Source of the DNA: Microbotryum violaceum
Lineage: Eukaryota
Assembly (NCBI GenBank): GCA_001244265.2
Contig: CDLV01000004.1
Location: 1,550,001-1,614,000 of the forward strand
Length of the DNA: 64,000 nucleotides
Direction: 5' to 3'
Both the position numbers and the translations under genes were made by a program. Below the pieces are notes generated by a model, which worked only from the letters and a program-made list of their open reading frames with translations, searched no databases and was not told where the DNA came from. Every line of letters begins with the position of its first letter. Position 1 is the first letter of the stretch. Of this stretch, positions 51,101-64,000 are shown piece after piece.

Positions 51101-53834
51101 TTTTTATTTATTTATTTGATAGGCTTCACTAACAGCATAATTATATTAATACCTAGAAATCTTTGGAAAAGTCGGAGGGAATGCTGTTACGCACACTGGC
51201 AGAAGCCAGTAGTGTAGGACTCATTGACCCTGAACCAGGATCAACCATACCCACTAAAACCCCCTTTGGTGTCTTACAGAGACACTAGGCGACCCTTGGA
51301 CTCCTGAATAGAGGCTCGAAGCCCCTTGAACTCCGTTTCGGTGATCGGTTCCAAAGGATCCGACGAGAATCGGCGACGGCGACAGAGCTTCCAGATCAAG
51401 TGAAAGAAGAGGACTCGTAGTTCGACAAGTCGACGTTCCGAGCGAGACACGACCAGACATACAAAGTCAACAAAGACTGGTGGGGGGTCGGGGACAGAGC
51501 AGACCAGAGACGCCGGGCAAATGGGCAGCCGACCGCAAGGTGGGCCAGGCACTCGGGTGCTTCCGAGAGGCACATCACACAGGAGGCAGATCGATTGTTG
51601 GGGTGCGGGCTGGTTGGGGAGGCGACTTGGCTTCCCGGATGGAGGGACCCCAGGGAGAGAAGGTGGCCGGTATCCTCGGCGTTCGAGTGAACCTGGCGAA
51701 CCTTGCGCAAAGCCTTCCACCAAGCGTTCCAACGTTGTTCAGGCAGATCGAGTACCTTCTGGTGTCCCTTGGGGGAGATAGGAGGGAAGATGAAGACTTG
51801 GTGGTGTTTGGACGCGTTCACAAACGAAGACGGGGTCATCACCTCACCATCGGGCCCTCGAAAAAGCGTCGGGTTGACCGAGAGTCGTATTCTGTGGCCC
51901 GCTGGGAAGTAGAGTACGTGCGTCGCCATTGCTCGAAGTTCCGGCTCTTGGAGAGTTCCGGGGGATTGAGCGTGGTCACCGAAGCCCAGGCTTCGAAGTA
52001 TCGGACCCAACGAGCAGGAAGAAGTTTTGTCGTTTTTCTCACCGCATGGTCCCACTTTGGGGGAGGATGGCAAAAGTAAGCCCACCAGATCCAGATCCAA
52101 GGGCGACGATGCTGGTTGGGGGCCGGTCTGGACAAGGTGAAAGGGGTTGGTTCGTTCGGTGCCTGGAGGCGGATGCGGATGTCGAAGAGGTGGCGTGTGA
52201 AGCAGCCGTCCGGGGCCCAGAGCTGGAAGACCCACTTCGCGTGATCGATCGCTAGACGTCGAGGCAGATCAATCAAGCCGAAGCCGCCGTGATCAAGAGG
52301 GGTGCAGAGGCGCGACCGGGAGACCTTCGGACGTCGCTGAGTACCATCCGAAGCTCGACCGTGAATGGCGAGCATGGCGGCCTCCTCGATCTCCTTGACA
52401 ACGCTCTTGGGGCGGGAAGGAATCGGCTGTAGTACAAGATCTTTGTGTAGCAGTAGATGTTGATGATCGAACACTTGGCTGCATATGGGAGATCGTACAT
52501 CGGAATCGAGCGTATCCGAGCGATGGTCGAGGCCTTGACATCTTCCCAGCCCGCATCCTCGGCGATCTCCACCCCGACCTGAATACCAAGGTAGCGAAAC
52601 TGCGAATCGCTGAGACGCCAGGTCCCGAGATCTGGGGCGCTCGACCGATCCCGAAAATCTCCAAGGGGGTAGAGGAAGGATTTGACGTTGCTGAGCTTGC
52701 TGGCACTTGCCCGTTCGTAAAGCTCGATCGCCCGATTGAGGTGTTCGAGGTCCGAGAGGTTGTGGAGTGCGCAGCAAGCGTCGTCGGCAAAAAGGAGTTC
52801 GCGAACGTTTTGGAGTGCGCAGAAAGCGTGGTCGGCAAAGAGGAGTTTTCGAATGTTTTGGAGGCCCGCAATATCGATGCCCTTGACTCTCAATCGAATC
52901 TGACAGGCAAAAATTTCGATCGCCAGAACGAAGAGAGATGGAGCAAGAGGATCACCTTGCCGAACGCCCGACAGGATGTCGAAAGCGGCACAGAGCAAAC
53001 CGTTGAGGAAGATCGAGGCGGATTGGTTGGTGTAGGTCGCTCGGTACCATTGGCGGGCTTTGGGGCCGAGGCCAACGGCGCAGAGGACTGCATCAAGGTA
53101 CGTGTGGGAAAGACGATCGTAAGCCTTTTCAAAGTCCATCACCGCTAGCATGCCGGACACGGGTGTTGAGCCCGGAAGTCCAGGGTCCATGAGACACTGG
53201 GCCTCAGCGAGGTTCGTGCCGATCCAACGGTTCGGAACAAAGCCACGTTGGGTTGGGCCGATCAGGGACTCGAGCAAGGGAGCGAGGCGCTGGTTGTGGG
53301 CTTGCGAGATGATGCGCTCGTCCGCATTGATGAGCGATATGGGGCGTTTGTTCGAAAGCTGATTCCTCTCGCCGCGTTTGTGGATGAGATGGATGTGGGC
53401 GGTGTTGCGGGGAAGAGGTCCAGGCTGACGGGCCTCGGTGGGGGTCGAGTTGATGACGTCTCGAAGAATCGGGCCAGTGGCCGGCCACGTAGCGCGATAG
53501 AACTCAACCGGGAGGCCGTCAGGCTCTGGCGAAAAGTTCGACTTACACGCCTCTTGAGCCTTTGTCATCTCCTCCAACGGGTACGCTTCCTCGAGCTTGA
53601 ATGAGTCCGCGGGGGACAGGCAGTTGAAGCGAGGCCGTCGGTGATCGCCTTCAGGGCCGCGTCATCGATGGGGCGGTCCTCATAGACCCGCTCGAAGTAG
53701 TCGCTGGCCGCTCCAAGCATCGAATCAGGGTCGGAATGAACAAGATGGTTGACCGTGAGCGAAGGGATCAGGTCGGATGCTCGCACTTTGCGCAGGCGGA
53801 TGAAGATGGAAGAGGGACCCGCCAGAGATGGGTC
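51101..53834 (-). mobile_element. Non-LTR retrotransposon (L1/Tx1-like LINE) ORF2 3' part, frameshifted
   Basis: SPEPDGLPVEFY, RPISL, QRGF, DFEKAYD, GVRQGDPLAPSLF, LFADD, YLG; C-terminal CVMC..ECLAHLAVGC; (TAAA)n tail at 51101-51117. Cut at the 5' side by a Zisupton-like TIR. Confidence 0.92.
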
Positions 53835-54092
53835 AGGACCCCAGAAAGCCCAGCCGGAGGCGCATTTTTTTTTTTGACCCAAAATCCTGAAAATCATCGA
53901 GGCGCATTTGACATTTTGGGACGAAACACCCGTTTTGCCCCCGAGGCGCCTTTGCAGGTTTTGACATGTTTCCCGTGGGTCGACGCAATTTTGGCCTACC
54001 CTGAGCAGCCTACGGCATGACTTTGGGCCCGTTCGCCTTCGCTTCGAGACGCGCGTCGCAATGCTCGCGCTTGTACAGGTCACTAGTCATTT
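53835..54092 (+). mobile_element. Left arm of a Zisupton-like element inserted in the LINE
   Basis: TIR AGGACCCCAGAAAGCCCAGCC and ~250 bp homologous to 24221-24845. Right end is not in the window (predicted TSD GATGGGTC). Confidence 0.85.
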
Positions 54093-54188
54093 CAACTCCT
54101 TCGTAGAGCGCGCGAGCGGAGCCAAGTTAGCAGTGAAGCCAGTCAAGTTGCAGGTTTGGGCTGAACCCGGCATCCCGTATTGTGTATG

Positions 54189-63858
<9,670 letters not shown>

Positions 63859-63863
63859 CGGAC

Positions 63864-64000
63864 GCTATGATTTGTACAATGTCTCAGCGCGGCAGCTTGC
63901 GTGGGTCCCGAAAGTGAAACATTGATGGTACCGTAAGTTTGGCGCTTCTTGCGCAAGATGCAAAACCGAGCGACACCATAGCCAGGAACAGCAAGGAATT
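63864..64000 (-). pseudogene. Upstream continuation of the tyrosine recombinase
   Basis: LLFLAMVSLGFASCARSAKLTVP (YR box-I Arg region); joins 54600 once the gypsy element is removed. Confidence 0.7.

Overview
Intron-rich fungal DNA, most likely a basidiomycete of Microbotryomycete type (inferred from gene style, TE families and CpG/TCG C-to-T decay). Two small islands of host genes sit in a sea of nested, mostly degenerate transposons. Island 1 (about 8.3-20 kb) holds IMP3, a SAP-like low-complexity protein, dUTPase and kinesin-3. Island 2 (about 45-50 kb) holds a SYP1/FCHO-like gene and RNA Pol I A49. The TEs are Zisupton-like (KDZ) elements with AGGACCC TIRs and 8-bp TSD, a near-complete Helitron plus a tandem array of non-autonomous Helitrons, a hAT MITE, a foldback MITE, a Ty1/copia with TG...GA LTRs, three Ty3/gypsy chromoviruses (one nested in another), solo LTRs, an L1-like LINE and a tyrosine-recombinase element. 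Insertion order can be reconstructed from TSDs. Most notable: (i) an unrecognised protein family at the same position in two divergent Zisupton-like elements; (ii) a hidden ~257-codon extra ORF between the chromodomain and PPT of a gypsy element, visible only after removing an 8.2-kb insertion; (iii) gypsy elements with an oligo-T tract instead of a tRNA PBS; (iv) both host-gene islands bracketed by inverted repeats. All family assignments rest on motif recognition by eye; no database search was run.
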